Part shown: positions 5,681 to 14,278 of the stretch, piece by piece
Layout of the letters: every line of letters begins with the position of its first letter
Numbering within the stretch: the first letter of the stretch is position 1
Sequence record: KX397371.1
Strand: one strand, 5' to 3'
DNA: 64,000 bases
The notes under the pieces: generated by a model
Told to the model about the DNA's origin: nothing
Databases searched by the model: none
Seen by the model: the letters and a program-made list of their open reading frames with translations, nothing else
Translations under genes and position numbers: made by a program

Positions 5681-5756
5681 GAGCACTGCTGTTAAGTTGG
5701 TTAACACCCGACCCATACTCGGATATTCGCACGTTCGATTCGTGCCAGTGCTCGCC
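5681..5756 (+). tRNA. atypical tRNA with CAT anticodon (Met/Ile2-like)
   Basis: 8-bp acceptor GAGCACTG/CAGTGCTC, 5-bp D stem GTTAA/TTAAC, CCCATAC loop (C33), canonical T arm, G-CC end. Confidence 0.7.
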
Positions 5757-5764
5757 CTTATTTA

Positions 5765-5840
5765 GACTCTGTAGTTCAGTTGGTAGAACGGTGGACTGTT
5801 AATCCATATGTCGCAGGTTCGAGTCCTGCCAGAGTCGCCA
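5765..5840 (+). tRNA. trnN: tRNA-Asn(GTT)
   Basis: Cloverleaf GACTCTG/CAGAGTC, CTGTTAA loop, GCCA end. Confidence 0.95.
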
Positions 5841-5842
5841 CA

Positions 5843-5913
5843 TTTTGCATTGCCCGAGTCCCGAATGACATTCCGGAAAAATATCATCCATGGTCACGGG
5901 CAGTGCAGAACCA
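5843..5913 (+). ncRNA. small RNA element copy B (paralog of 4541-4609)
   Basis: 14-bp closing stem TTTTGCATTGCCCG/CGGGCAGTGCAGAA followed directly by CCA; conserved interior. Confidence 0.6.
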
Positions 5914-6111
5914 AAATCCCAGCCTTCGCAGAAAAAGCTTACCTGCATTAGCGGTCCCCTGCGGGGGTTGGGTACCACCTTTGTCCGTTTTGTTTTTTTC
6001 TTTCAATTGCCTGGCGGTATTGGTGGGAACAAAACGGGTAAAGCCCTAGCGGGGGAAAAGCCGTTAACAACAACAGAAGCAGTAAAAACAGAAGTAAAAG
6101 CAGGAGTAGTT

Positions 6112-6924
6112 ATGTTTACTATCTTACGCAAAATCAATGGTAACCGCACACCAACCGAACACGAATCCCCTACGCTGGGTGATACGAAGTCACAAGTGTT
6201 CAAAGATGCGATGTCGCTTCTTACCGAATCCAATAACGTGCATAACTGCATGGATTCTGGGATGGATGCGAAGCCGTGGATTAACGGCAAACCCAAACCG
6301 ATTGAGGAGTGGGTAGAGCGCTTTAAGAAAGCGTACGGCGCGACAGACTCAGACAACCAAGAACTGGTTTCTCTGGTCAGTGAACTCGCACCGGGAATGT
6401 TTGACAAAGCCAATGCGCGTTTTGCATCGGACTTTGGTCAACTGGAAGAAGCCTTCCTGAAAGATACCGGGCAAACTATCATCTGGAAATGTCCGAACGG
6501 ACTCCCGATTGATATCCAGTTCCAAAACATTCCCCGTCAGTCTGTTGAAACACTACATACCACGCTCGATTTCATCGAAGCGGATGAGTTGAAGTTTGCG
6601 GTGTTCAACAGCAAGGCGTTGTGGGATGGGTATAACTCCGCTGAACTGTTTGGCGGTGAAGCCACCGAGATTTCCTCGGTAGAACTCCAACACGTTTACT
6701 TTGACGATACGGCCATGCCGCAAGAAGCGGTGCTCAAAGCCAACCGTCGTGGTACCCGCACTATGGAACAGGTCATCGGGGTGCTTGCTTATGGCAGCTC
6801 CGAACAACCCGACCCAACCACAGGCAACGTGCCGGTCACAGTGATGACCTACGAGTTTATCTACCAAGGCGATGAAGTCTACATTACGAACCGTCACGGT
6901 AAGACTGTGGACTCCATCCGTTAA
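6112..6924 (+). CDS. hypothetical protein (270 aa)
   Basis: AGGAG SD before ATG 6112; the upstream part of ORF-track 5890..6924 is probably non-coding leader. Confidence 0.8.
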   Translation: MFTILRKINGNRTPTEHESPTLGDTKSQVFKDAMSLLTESNNVHNCMDSGMDAKPWINGKPKPIEEWVERFKKAYGATDSDNQELVSLVSELAPGMFDKANARFASDFGQLEEAFLKDTGQTIIWKCPNGLPIDIQFQNIPRQSVETLHTTLDFIEADELKFAVFNSKALWDGYNSAELFGGEATEISSVELQHVYFDDTAMPQEAVLKANRRGTRTMEQVIGVLAYGSSEQPDPTTGNVPVTVMTYEFIYQGDEVYITNRHGKTVDSIR

Positions 6925-7026
6925 GCATTAGCATGCTCGCTAATACCCGCCCTGAGGATTGGCCTCCTCATGCTTGAAGGGCGACTCTCCTGTAGTACGC
7001 TTTGTAAGTCGACGTAAATCGGTACG

Positions 7027-7069
7027 CCCTCTCCCCGAAAAGGGAGAGGGTAGTATCGTATATTTTTTT
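7027..7069 (+). terminator. Rho-independent terminator
   Basis: CCCTCTCCC-CGAAAA-GGGAGAGGG with a downstream T run. Confidence 0.6.
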
Positions 7070-7070
7070 G

Positions 7071-7090
7071 GATATATATTACCTAGGTGA
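7071..7090 (+). promoter_or_regulatory. early (virion RNAP) promoter
   Basis: TATATTAC-CTAG-GTGA; TATATTAC is the phiKZ early motif; recurs 7 times in the window. Confidence 0.75.
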
Positions 7091-7139
7091 GATTAAACTA
7101 TAATCTTTTACCCATCATTAGACTTTCGAGGATAAACTT

Positions 7140-8120
7140 ATGCGCATCACCCCAATGTCAGCCCATGAAACTTTCGCTATTCGTGGCTACAGCCCCGAAG
7201 AAGGCAAACGTATCCGCGGCTATCTCCCGCGTCGCTTTGGTGACATCAACAATGCACTGCCACTAACGAACGCTGAGTTCTGGTTGGCGTACGAGTGCAT
7301 GAAACATTACAATGATAATTCCAGTGACCGTGGCCGCTTTTACAGCGTCGGGCCGTTTAGCTTCCAAGCCAATGGTAAAGTGAACTACCGCTCTGAGAAG
7401 TTAAACGAAGATTTCTCCATGGTGGAATTCATTCGCCACTTCGGCGATACGGTCTTCACTGACTTTGATTCCGAACTGGGCATGAAGGTTCCACGCACTA
7501 ACGCAGATGGCTCGCTGGTAATGAAGAACCGTATGGTCGTTACCCGACTGGTAGAGATTGAGAAGCAAGCCCAACCGAAAGAAGATTATTCCAGTTGGCA
7601 CTCCAACAGCTGGATGAACTTCCCAGTGGGGACACTCTCGCTACCACCGACTGGAATGATAACGCCGGAAACTATCCTGATGGCATCCCTGCATGGCGAG
7701 ATGGCGCAAGAGTATGCCAATACGCAGAGCGGTCGTATGTTCCATCCCACGATTGATTACAAATGGGTGGCAACGTACGTTTACCTGAAGCGTTTATACC
7801 ATGCGCGTGACCGCGAGTTCGGTCAGGATTATTACTCTGTTCGCTCATCCATTGAAATGAACCTGCGTTTCCGTTCAAGTAACTCACTCTATCCGAGTGA
7901 CGTCATGTCACCACCTCACTTCTTCCACATTGATGGGGATCGTGTCATGTCCAAGAACGGCATCATTAACTGCCCGCGCATCAACAACATGAACCCGATG
8001 GGGTTCTACGAACGGCTTTATCGCTTTAACAACAACGGCCATGTTTCTGCTATTACAACCATTCCCACCACACTCTTCGAAGAGTACAGTGAAGAGGAAT
8101 GGAAAGCAGTCTTAGCATAA
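7140..8120 (+). CDS. hypothetical early protein
   Basis: 326-aa ORF, GAGGA SD, early promoter upstream. Confidence 0.85.
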   Translation: MRITPMSAHETFAIRGYSPEEGKRIRGYLPRRFGDINNALPLTNAEFWLAYECMKHYNDNSSDRGRFYSVGPFSFQANGKVNYRSEKLNEDFSMVEFIRHFGDTVFTDFDSELGMKVPRTNADGSLVMKNRMVVTRLVEIEKQAQPKEDYSSWHSNSWMNFPVGTLSLPPTGMITPETILMASLHGEMAQEYANTQSGRMFHPTIDYKWVATYVYLKRLYHARDREFGQDYYSVRSSIEMNLRFRSSNSLYPSDVMSPPHFFHIDGDRVMSKNGIINCPRINNMNPMGFYERLYRFNNNGHVSAITTIPTTLFEEYSEEEWKAVLA

Positions 8121-8124
8121 CTTT

Positions 8125-8156
8125 AGAGCGGGGGTAAAACCCCGCTTTATTTTTTT
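8125..8156 (+). terminator. Rho-independent terminator
   Basis: AGAGCGGGG-GTAAAA-CCCCGCTTT followed by a T run. Confidence 0.75.
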
Positions 8157-8191
8157 ACTTGAATACCTGATTTATATAGGAGGGTAACATC

Positions 8192-8632
8192 ATGAAATCC
8201 AATTTGGCTTACAGCTTTAACATTATTCCATTCTATCAACCCATCGAAATGACGCGTGCGTTAACCGACGGTATTTTACCTGAGACGTTTATACCGAAAG
8301 GTCGTTACGATGAAATGTTGCTGGAGACGCTGTTCCCCATCATCATTAGCCATCCATTATTCAGAGAGTTTTCATCTAAGCTGACACCCCAAGAAGGGTC
8401 GGGTTTCCGTAAGGGTGATGATGTGCCGGTAATTACCACCACGTATAACATCTCACGAGAGGAAGCGAAAGCCATGGCGCGCGACCCGGATGTTTTCTTC
8501 CGGTTCATGAAGTCAATGGCAGAAGCTTTAGATAAACGTGCCCTGCCGTTTGAGGAAATCTTCGCTGTGCTCCTCGATGCCATATGTGCAAGTGACTATG
8601 CCATGTTCCACAACACAGACAGTCTGCACTAA
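8192..8632 (+). CDS. hypothetical protein
   Basis: 146-aa ORF with GGAGG SD. Confidence 0.8.
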   Translation: MKSNLAYSFNIIPFYQPIEMTRALTDGILPETFIPKGRYDEMLLETLFPIIISHPLFREFSSKLTPQEGSGFRKGDDVPVITTTYNISREEAKAMARDPDVFFRFMKSMAEALDKRALPFEEIFAVLLDAICASDYAMFHNTDSLH

Positions 8633-8698
8633 AAATTACGCCAGAGTCCCTCCCTATAGGGAATCTGTGCCTCTATAGATTCCAATAGGAGATGAACC

Positions 8699-9085
8699 AT
8701 GAAGACGACACTGCGTCCGATGGACGTGATTCTCGCTCACCCCGACACGCTCAGTAAAATCGCACCACAGTCAGAACTCGACCGCCGTTTATTAGAAAGC
8801 CTAGAATGGGGATTTACCCTCCACCCAGATGAGGTTTCCAACACACGCGTTCTTGATGTCTCTGACACCGTAGTGATTGACTGGACAGAACGTGAAGGTT
8901 GTGACGATGTGCGAGAGTACGTGGCGCAAGCAACGGTACCTCCACGCGTACCCATCGCTGGACTGGCCGAACACACCATTTCTCTGCGCCGTTTATGCAA
9001 CGCTCAAGATGAGATTGTTCGCAACGGTGAAGCGTGGAGCTATGGTACTGCCAGTCACCTGAAGAACGTGCTCCTTCAGGCGTAA
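8699..9085 (+). CDS. hypothetical protein
   Basis: 128-aa ORF with AGGAG SD. Confidence 0.8.
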   Translation: MKTTLRPMDVILAHPDTLSKIAPQSELDRRLLESLEWGFTLHPDEVSNTRVLDVSDTVVIDWTEREGCDDVREYVAQATVPPRVPIAGLAEHTISLRRLCNAQDEIVRNGEAWSYGTASHLKNVLLQA

Positions 9086-9138
9086 AAAAGAAAAGAAGAT
9101 AACCCCTGCCGAAGCAGGGGTTGGTCTTTCTTTTTTTG
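9086..9138. terminator. bidirectional terminator
   Basis: AACCCCTGC-CGAA-GCAGGGGTT flanked by A-rich and T-rich tracts between convergent genes. Confidence 0.85.
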
Positions 9139-9139
9139 T

Positions 9140-9952
9140 CTACGATTTGAAACGACCACCAGACATGTAGTTGTAGCGGTTGCCGATGTCGTCGTTGTGA
9201 ACCAGTGCACGCTTCATGGCAGGCAAGGTATCGTCGAACATCTGACCGGCATCCGAATAACTTTCCACCACATTACGGAACGCACCGAACTCCATACCGT
9301 TCTCAATCTTACCGGAATCCATATCGAAGATGAGTTGGTTATAGATGTACTGTTTGGTGGCAAAGACCGCCAAGTCAGCCACACGCGGATAGAAAGGGGT
9401 CTTGATTTCGTTCAGTTCTTCACTGAGCTTATACATGATCGCAATCTTCGTGGCGTAGACAAACATACCGGGGTCTTTAATCTTGATGGTGTTCGGTCCC
9501 AGCACACGCACTTCAGGAGAACTGATGCGCGGTAGAGCAGAGTTCGAATCCACCACTAACTGCGTCGCGGCGAGCGCACCGGTGGTGGCCCCATCCAGAT
9601 ACGAGCCCGCGGGCGGGAGTGTATACGCCTGACCGGCCACCGGCGTAACTGCGATGTGCGCTTCGAGGATTTCGCGGCCACCTGTTTTAAATTCATCGAT
9701 GTGGTAAATGCGCGAGTAGTAGTCTTCCGTATCGTTCTCATAGGGCAACCCCTGTAAGTCAAGTTCGGTATACTGCCCCATACGGGACACTTCGGGAATC
9801 ACATACTCACGAATCACTTTGTCCATGATTTCGTTTTCAATGCTACTGGCTACGCCTAACATCCGGAGGTTCTCTGGTGTAAAGGCGACTTTCAGCAGCG
9901 GTAAAGGAATGTCTCGCCGGATTTTGCGGAGACAATAATCTATCACGTTCAT
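9140..9952 (-). CDS. conserved phiKZ-like protein, putative virion structural protein
   Basis: 270-aa ORF on the opposite strand; resemblance to a Chimalliviridae core gene is recalled, not searched. Confidence 0.6.
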   Translation of the reverse strand: MNVIDYCLRKIRRDIPLPLLKVAFTPENLRMLGVASSIENEIMDKVIREYVIPEVSRMGQYTELDLQGLPYENDTEDYYSRIYHIDEFKTGGREILEAHIAVTPVAGQAYTLPPAGSYLDGATTGALAATQLVVDSNSALPRISSPEVRVLGPNTIKIKDPGMFVYATKIAIMYKLSEELNEIKTPFYPRVADLAVFATKQYIYNQLIFDMDSGKIENGMEFGAFRNVVESYSDAGQMFDDTLPAMKRALVHNDDIGNRYNYMSGGRFKS

Positions 9953-10073
9953 TTTGGGCTCCAGAGTGGCGTTAGGCAGCTTTCATAGCATGGGTGGTGG
10001 GGTAGGATAGGTTGTAGTAAAAAATACGCCATATGGCTATTATGTGCGTACCACAGTCTAATTAATTTGACAT

Positions 10074-10090
10074 AGATATTATCTTTGTGA
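10074..10090 (+). promoter_or_regulatory. early promoter
   Basis: AGATATTATC-TTT-GTGA. Confidence 0.7.
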
Positions 10091-10114
10091 CGAAACCATA
10101 AGGAGTATCTACTC

Positions 10115-10387
10115 ATGACGCGGGTGTTCTTTGAACTGAACTTGAAAACCAAGCGCGGTTACATCGGTCCCCACTGGATTATCATCAACGCGATTCAAGA
10201 ACTCATCTATCCGGGAACTTTCAACCTCGAGAAACGTTTACTGGAACGGGCCGAGGAATATTTCGGCACGGATGCATGGTACATGATTGCGAAGTTGGGT
10301 CCGAACCACCGTCATCCATTTATTTACCACAACGGGGTTGTAGAAACATGGTCAAGCTATACATCAAACCAGCTGATGTGCATGTAA
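10115..10387 (+). CDS. hypothetical protein
   Basis: 90-aa ORF, AAGGAG SD, first gene after the early promoter. Confidence 0.8.
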   Translation: MTRVFFELNLKTKRGYIGPHWIIINAIQELIYPGTFNLEKRLLERAEEYFGTDAWYMIAKLGPNHRHPFIYHNGVVETWSSYTSNQLMCM

Positions 10388-11001
10388 GCTTTTGGGGTGA
10401 GGCAGACAAGACGCCGTATGTGCAAGCATTACGCATGTCTGAGATGCAGCGTCAGGAGGTGACAGTTCAGCTCCTCCACACCGCATTAGAACACATCTTC
10501 CTTTCTCTTGAAGAGATGCCGTTCGCACAGTTGCATGACCACCTTGAGAAGTATGTTGATCAGGTGCTGTTACATAAGCTTCTGCATCAAGACAAAAAAT
10601 TGGAGGAGCCTGAGGTTATTCGCGGGCGAACCCGTATTGTAACAGAGACCATGTTCGGTAACGATATCCTCGATACCCGACTGGTTGACCGCGTCGTTTA
10701 TGCAACTATCCGTGAACTGATTGATGTGGCATTCGGTGATATCTTCAACATGTTCGTTGAACAGATTGAATCGATGATTGAGGAATCGTGCAAACTGTGT
10801 AAGCGCAAGTTCAACCGTTACGCGATTGTGACTATCACACCGCGACTGGGTGTTCGTGCGAAGCTTGTTTGTTTGGAACTCGAACTGGGTGATGATATTC
10901 GACATGTCTACTTCAATCAGCGTTTCCCAACCGGCCGGTATTGTTCAGATAACGATGATAAAATTCGTGACCTGCAAAGCCTACTTCCGAATATTGGCTG
11001 A
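10348..11001 (+). CDS. hypothetical protein
   Basis: Probable start at ATG 10348 inside ORF-track 10276..11001. Confidence 0.75.
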   Translation: MVKLYIKPADVHVSFWGEADKTPYVQALRMSEMQRQEVTVQLLHTALEHIFLSLEEMPFAQLHDHLEKYVDQVLLHKLLHQDKKLEEPEVIRGRTRIVTETMFGNDILDTRLVDRVVYATIRELIDVAFGDIFNMFVEQIESMIEESCKLCKRKFNRYAIVTITPRLGVRAKLVCLELELGDDIRHVYFNQRFPTGRYCSDNDDKIRDLQSLLPNIG

Positions 11002-11323
11002 GGAGGAAGGACTTAGCAGTTACGATGTGCAGGTCTTGCTCAAGGATATTATCCTCGATCTGTTCAACTATCTGTTGACCGGCTTTAACCCCACAGGTTC
11101 ATGGGACGGTACTGCGGTGACGGTCATTGTGCGTTCTACGCGTCCAAAGACCACAACTAATCAGGCCAACAATTGGGCGCGCCATGTTCGTCGTGCAATT
11201 TGCGAAGAACTGAATGTTCCCGCCAAAGGGTATCGGTTATGGTTAAATGTGACCGATGAGTTTATTCGCTTCATCCCGTATAAGGATCAGGACTATGAAA
11301 ACGCTTTACTTCGAGTTTCCTGA
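10994..11323 (+). CDS. hypothetical protein (start uncertain; TTG 10994 assumed)
   Basis: 3' part of ORF-track 10850..11323; overlaps the upstream stop in operon fashion. Confidence 0.6.
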   Translation: MAEEEGLSSYDVQVLLKDIILDLFNYLLTGFNPTGSWDGTAVTVIVRSTRPKTTTNQANNWARHVRRAICEELNVPAKGYRLWLNVTDEFIRFIPYKDQDYENALLRVS

Positions 11324-11684
11324 AACTTATCGCGAGATTAATCGGGTACTCGAGAAATTTACAAATAAAAACTATTTTGATGACCCGGACACCATCGATC
11401 ATTACATCGAGTTGCTCGCCCGCATGGAAACCCATCGACGTTTGTATAAGGCGGATATTGGTTCCCTGAAAAAGTGGCTGCGCAGTGAGATGGTACGATG
11501 GCCGGTTTCTGCCGACTACTTCTCCAATAACACGGTGCAGTTATACATTATTGAGTCTTCGGATCTTTGGGCTGCGATAGACAAAGAAATGACCATCACG
11601 CCCAATCCCGATTTCATCATGTGGCATGTCGAGCGTGGTGTGTGGAAAATGATCACTTCAGGAGTCAACCTTTATGTTAAGTAA
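11295..11684 (+). CDS. hypothetical protein
   Basis: AGGA SD before ATG 11295. Confidence 0.8.
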   Translation: MKTLYFEFPETYREINRVLEKFTNKNYFDDPDTIDHYIELLARMETHRRLYKADIGSLKKWLRSEMVRWPVSADYFSNNTVQLYIIESSDLWAAIDKEMTITPNPDFIMWHVERGVWKMITSGVNLYVK

Positions 11685-12180
11685 CACCTATTGCCTCATT
11701 CCCGATTACCAAGAGGTGGCGGGACCGTTAACCGAGTTTGACCCTGCATCTGTTCTCCGCGAAGTCAACGAAGACATGAACACGATTATCAACCGCGCCT
11801 TTACATTTGTTGAGTCGGGTCATTTGGACGGCTCGCTCGAGTTCAGCATGAGGAACACTTTCAACTACGTGGCGACCGAACTGTCTACCCGTGGGATTGT
11901 GTTGGATAATGAGTCGACCGTGGTCTATGCGAACGCCATCCAGAATGTCGGTAAAGCATTCATGGTGGCTATCTCCTCCTCCCCTTACTGGTTCACCCGT
12001 TACGGTAAGTGGGTCGGTGCGCGTTATAGTCCGACGTGTATCGGTGGGGTTGATGTGTACCTTGACCATAACCAGCACAAGTTACCTCAGTTTGAATCCA
12101 GTGAGCAGTATCAGGCCATCACACCTCGATTACTGACAGTGGTTGACATGCTGATTGGTAATCTGGGAGGTCGCCTATGA
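11674..12180 (+). CDS. hypothetical protein
   Basis: 168-aa ORF overlapping both neighbours; AGGAG SD. Confidence 0.8.
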   Translation: MLSNTYCLIPDYQEVAGPLTEFDPASVLREVNEDMNTIINRAFTFVESGHLDGSLEFSMRNTFNYVATELSTRGIVLDNESTVVYANAIQNVGKAFMVAISSSPYWFTRYGKWVGARYSPTCIGGVDVYLDHNQHKLPQFESSEQYQAITPRLLTVVDMLIGNLGGRL

Positions 12181-12749
12181 AGGTCTTTTACGATGTATCC
12201 TCACGGGTTGTGGAATTCGGGGCTACCCGCTTCTATGAACACGTCCGTGAACACATCTCCGCGATACTGACAGAGTGCCCGTTAGAGGTGACGAATGAAA
12301 CCGTCGATAACCTTTATCATCTCTATCAGCGTTATGCCATGGCGTATGTCATTGGGGTAACGACGCGGAATGCCGGTAAGTTTATCGAGAATTTGGTTGA
12401 TGAATTTGCCGAGGGTGATGATGACAGTTACAGTTTAGAAACCGATCGCTCTGGCCTTGAGCTTCGACAGCAGGGGTATTTGCTTGACCGTGTATTTGAA
12501 GATATCGTGGTGGATGAGTTACCACGCATCTCGACAATGGTTGCGCAGTTCCCCGGTTGTTCGGGTCCGCAAGAGGAGCATGAGAAAGCGATCAATATGG
12601 CCGCCGCTTTGTTCTTAGATGAAACCAGCACAGAACTGATGGGTCTAGCCAGCGTTATTGGTTCTGTGTGTCCGGGGAAATATATTGAACATTACGGCGA
12701 TGACTTTAAAGGGTTAGTGGTGGTTTGCGAGCATGAAACTATACTTTGA
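12177..12749 (+). CDS. hypothetical protein
   Basis: ATGA overlap with upstream gene; GGAGG SD. Confidence 0.85.
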   Translation: MKVFYDVSSRVVEFGATRFYEHVREHISAILTECPLEVTNETVDNLYHLYQRYAMAYVIGVTTRNAGKFIENLVDEFAEGDDDSYSLETDRSGLELRQQGYLLDRVFEDIVVDELPRISTMVAQFPGCSGPQEEHEKAINMAAALFLDETSTELMGLASVIGSVCPGKYIEHYGDDFKGLVVVCEHETIL

Positions 12750-13167
12750 CCTCAACGATATCTGTGATGTTCCCGCCATGCTTGACCGGGTTGACCAAGA
12801 TAACAATCGTTTCACGGGCGATTCGGCAAAAGCGTTTTATGCATTTACTGCGCTGTATGCAGCCTACTCACTCCGGGCTATTATTAACGGTGTGGCAGGA
12901 AACAACTTTGTTACTTATGTACCCGTTAAGCCCGCCAACGTGTTTTCAAACATGACCGGCGTGTGGTCTCATGACACCATTATCGATTTGCGTGTGTGTT
13001 TTGACACCATCGAAATGAATAACGTGGTGCGTTTTAACAATGTGATTGCTACCGTGGACCATGCGTTGTTAAGCGAGGGCAAAACGTTCGAATCAATAAA
13101 AGACGCCAGCCACATACACATCGACCTGACAAACCCAAAAGGGACAGTGGTGTGTCTGGAGTGTTAA
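12733..13167 (+). CDS. hypothetical protein
   Basis: 144-aa ORF in the operon chain. Confidence 0.75.
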   Translation: MKLYFDLNDICDVPAMLDRVDQDNNRFTGDSAKAFYAFTALYAAYSLRAIINGVAGNNFVTYVPVKPANVFSNMTGVWSHDTIIDLRVCFDTIEMNNVVRFNNVIATVDHALLSEGKTFESIKDASHIHIDLTNPKGTVVCLEC

Positions 13168-13176
13168 GGAGTTGCG

Positions 13177-13773
13177 ATGGTCTACAAAGTGGTAGCCTAC
13201 CACACCTGGAGCATGCATTTGGGTGTGGTAGAGTATCTGACCGGCAGTGAGGCATTTTCAGAACTGGTGACACGAACCGTTGAGTCGTTTCCCAAGATGA
13301 AGATTGCACTCCCCGTAGGTCCGTTGGAAGAAGACGCGATCTTCGCCGCGTTGCACAATACCATGCCCTCCTATCTTCAAGCCTTCATGCTCACCATGAC
13401 ACGGGCCGAAGAATCTCACGTTAAGAGCTTCCTGAAATCACTCGATAAAGAATATCGACGTTGGAAGTTTGGCACGGAAATGGATTCGGGTTCAGTTGAC
13501 GGTGTGCTGGAAGATCTGGTTCCGCTGATTAAGCTCTACAAAGCAAACAACGCCGAAGGGGCAACCGTAACCAAGACCTTATTGGATTACTCGGTTGAAA
13601 CATTGGCACAGTTCTTTGCTGGGGCAATTGTGGAAGAGTTCCGTGAAGCGGTGGATATGTTCCTGACGTGTCATCGCGGAAAGGTACAGTCCCTGAGCGT
13701 GGTGCTGAACTTCCCGCAATGTCAGTATAACCTCATGGATATGAGGCTACTAATTGATGTGTCGGAGGAATGA
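13177..13773 (+). CDS. hypothetical protein
   Basis: AAGGAG SD; 198 aa. Confidence 0.85.
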   Translation: MVYKVVAYHTWSMHLGVVEYLTGSEAFSELVTRTVESFPKMKIALPVGPLEEDAIFAALHNTMPSYLQAFMLTMTRAEESHVKSFLKSLDKEYRRWKFGTEMDSGSVDGVLEDLVPLIKLYKANNAEGATVTKTLLDYSVETLAQFFAGAIVEEFREAVDMFLTCHRGKVQSLSVVLNFPQCQYNLMDMRLLIDVSEE

Positions 13774-14177
13774 TGTTTGACGTGAAGAGTCTGGAGGAGG
13801 GGAGCATCATAAACATCGTTTATGATACCCCGATGCTTCAACCCGAAACGCGTGTGACGGTGTTGGGAACCTGCGGCTATGAAATGGCACGCAGTATTGA
13901 AGATGTGACGGTGAAGCAGAAGAATATCTTCTCAACCATCGTCTCCCAACCAGAGAACAATGTGGCGAAGTATCGCTATCTGATGTTCAAAGGGGCGGAT
14001 GGCAAAGCCCATGTGGCTGCCGATGCGTGGATTCGCAGTGTGTCGGTTATCAAGAACCTGCAAGTGCGGTTCATGACGATTGTGGACAACCGTGAGGAGA
14101 TTGATTTAATCACCAAAGCGTTGGCCGACCGGGGCATTAACGATGTCACGTTTGAAATCGTTGACAACACCAACTGA
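13770..14177 (+). CDS. conserved phiKZ-like protein directly upstream of the DNA polymerase
   Basis: ATGA overlap, GGAGG SD, 135 aa; syntenic position. Confidence 0.8.
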   Translation: MMFDVKSLEEGSIINIVYDTPMLQPETRVTVLGTCGYEMARSIEDVTVKQKNIFSTIVSQPENNVAKYRYLMFKGADGKAHVAADAWIRSVSVIKNLQVRFMTIVDNREEIDLITKALADRGINDVTFEIVDNTN

Positions 14178-14182
14178 ATACT

Positions 14183-14214
14183 CTCCTCGCTTCGGCGGGG
14201 AGGTTATTTTTTTT
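14183..14214 (+). terminator. Rho-independent terminator
   Basis: CTCCTCGC-TTCG-GCGGGGAG followed by a T8 run. Confidence 0.85.
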
Positions 14215-14278
14215 GATCTTTTTTCACGTCAGTGGGTAATGTTATAGATGAAGATCCCGCGACCCACAGGAGTACAGC

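Noticed and set aside
5890-6111. N-terminal extension of the 344-aa ORF
   Set aside because: Starts within RNA copy B and runs through a T-tract; the real SD and ATG are at 6112
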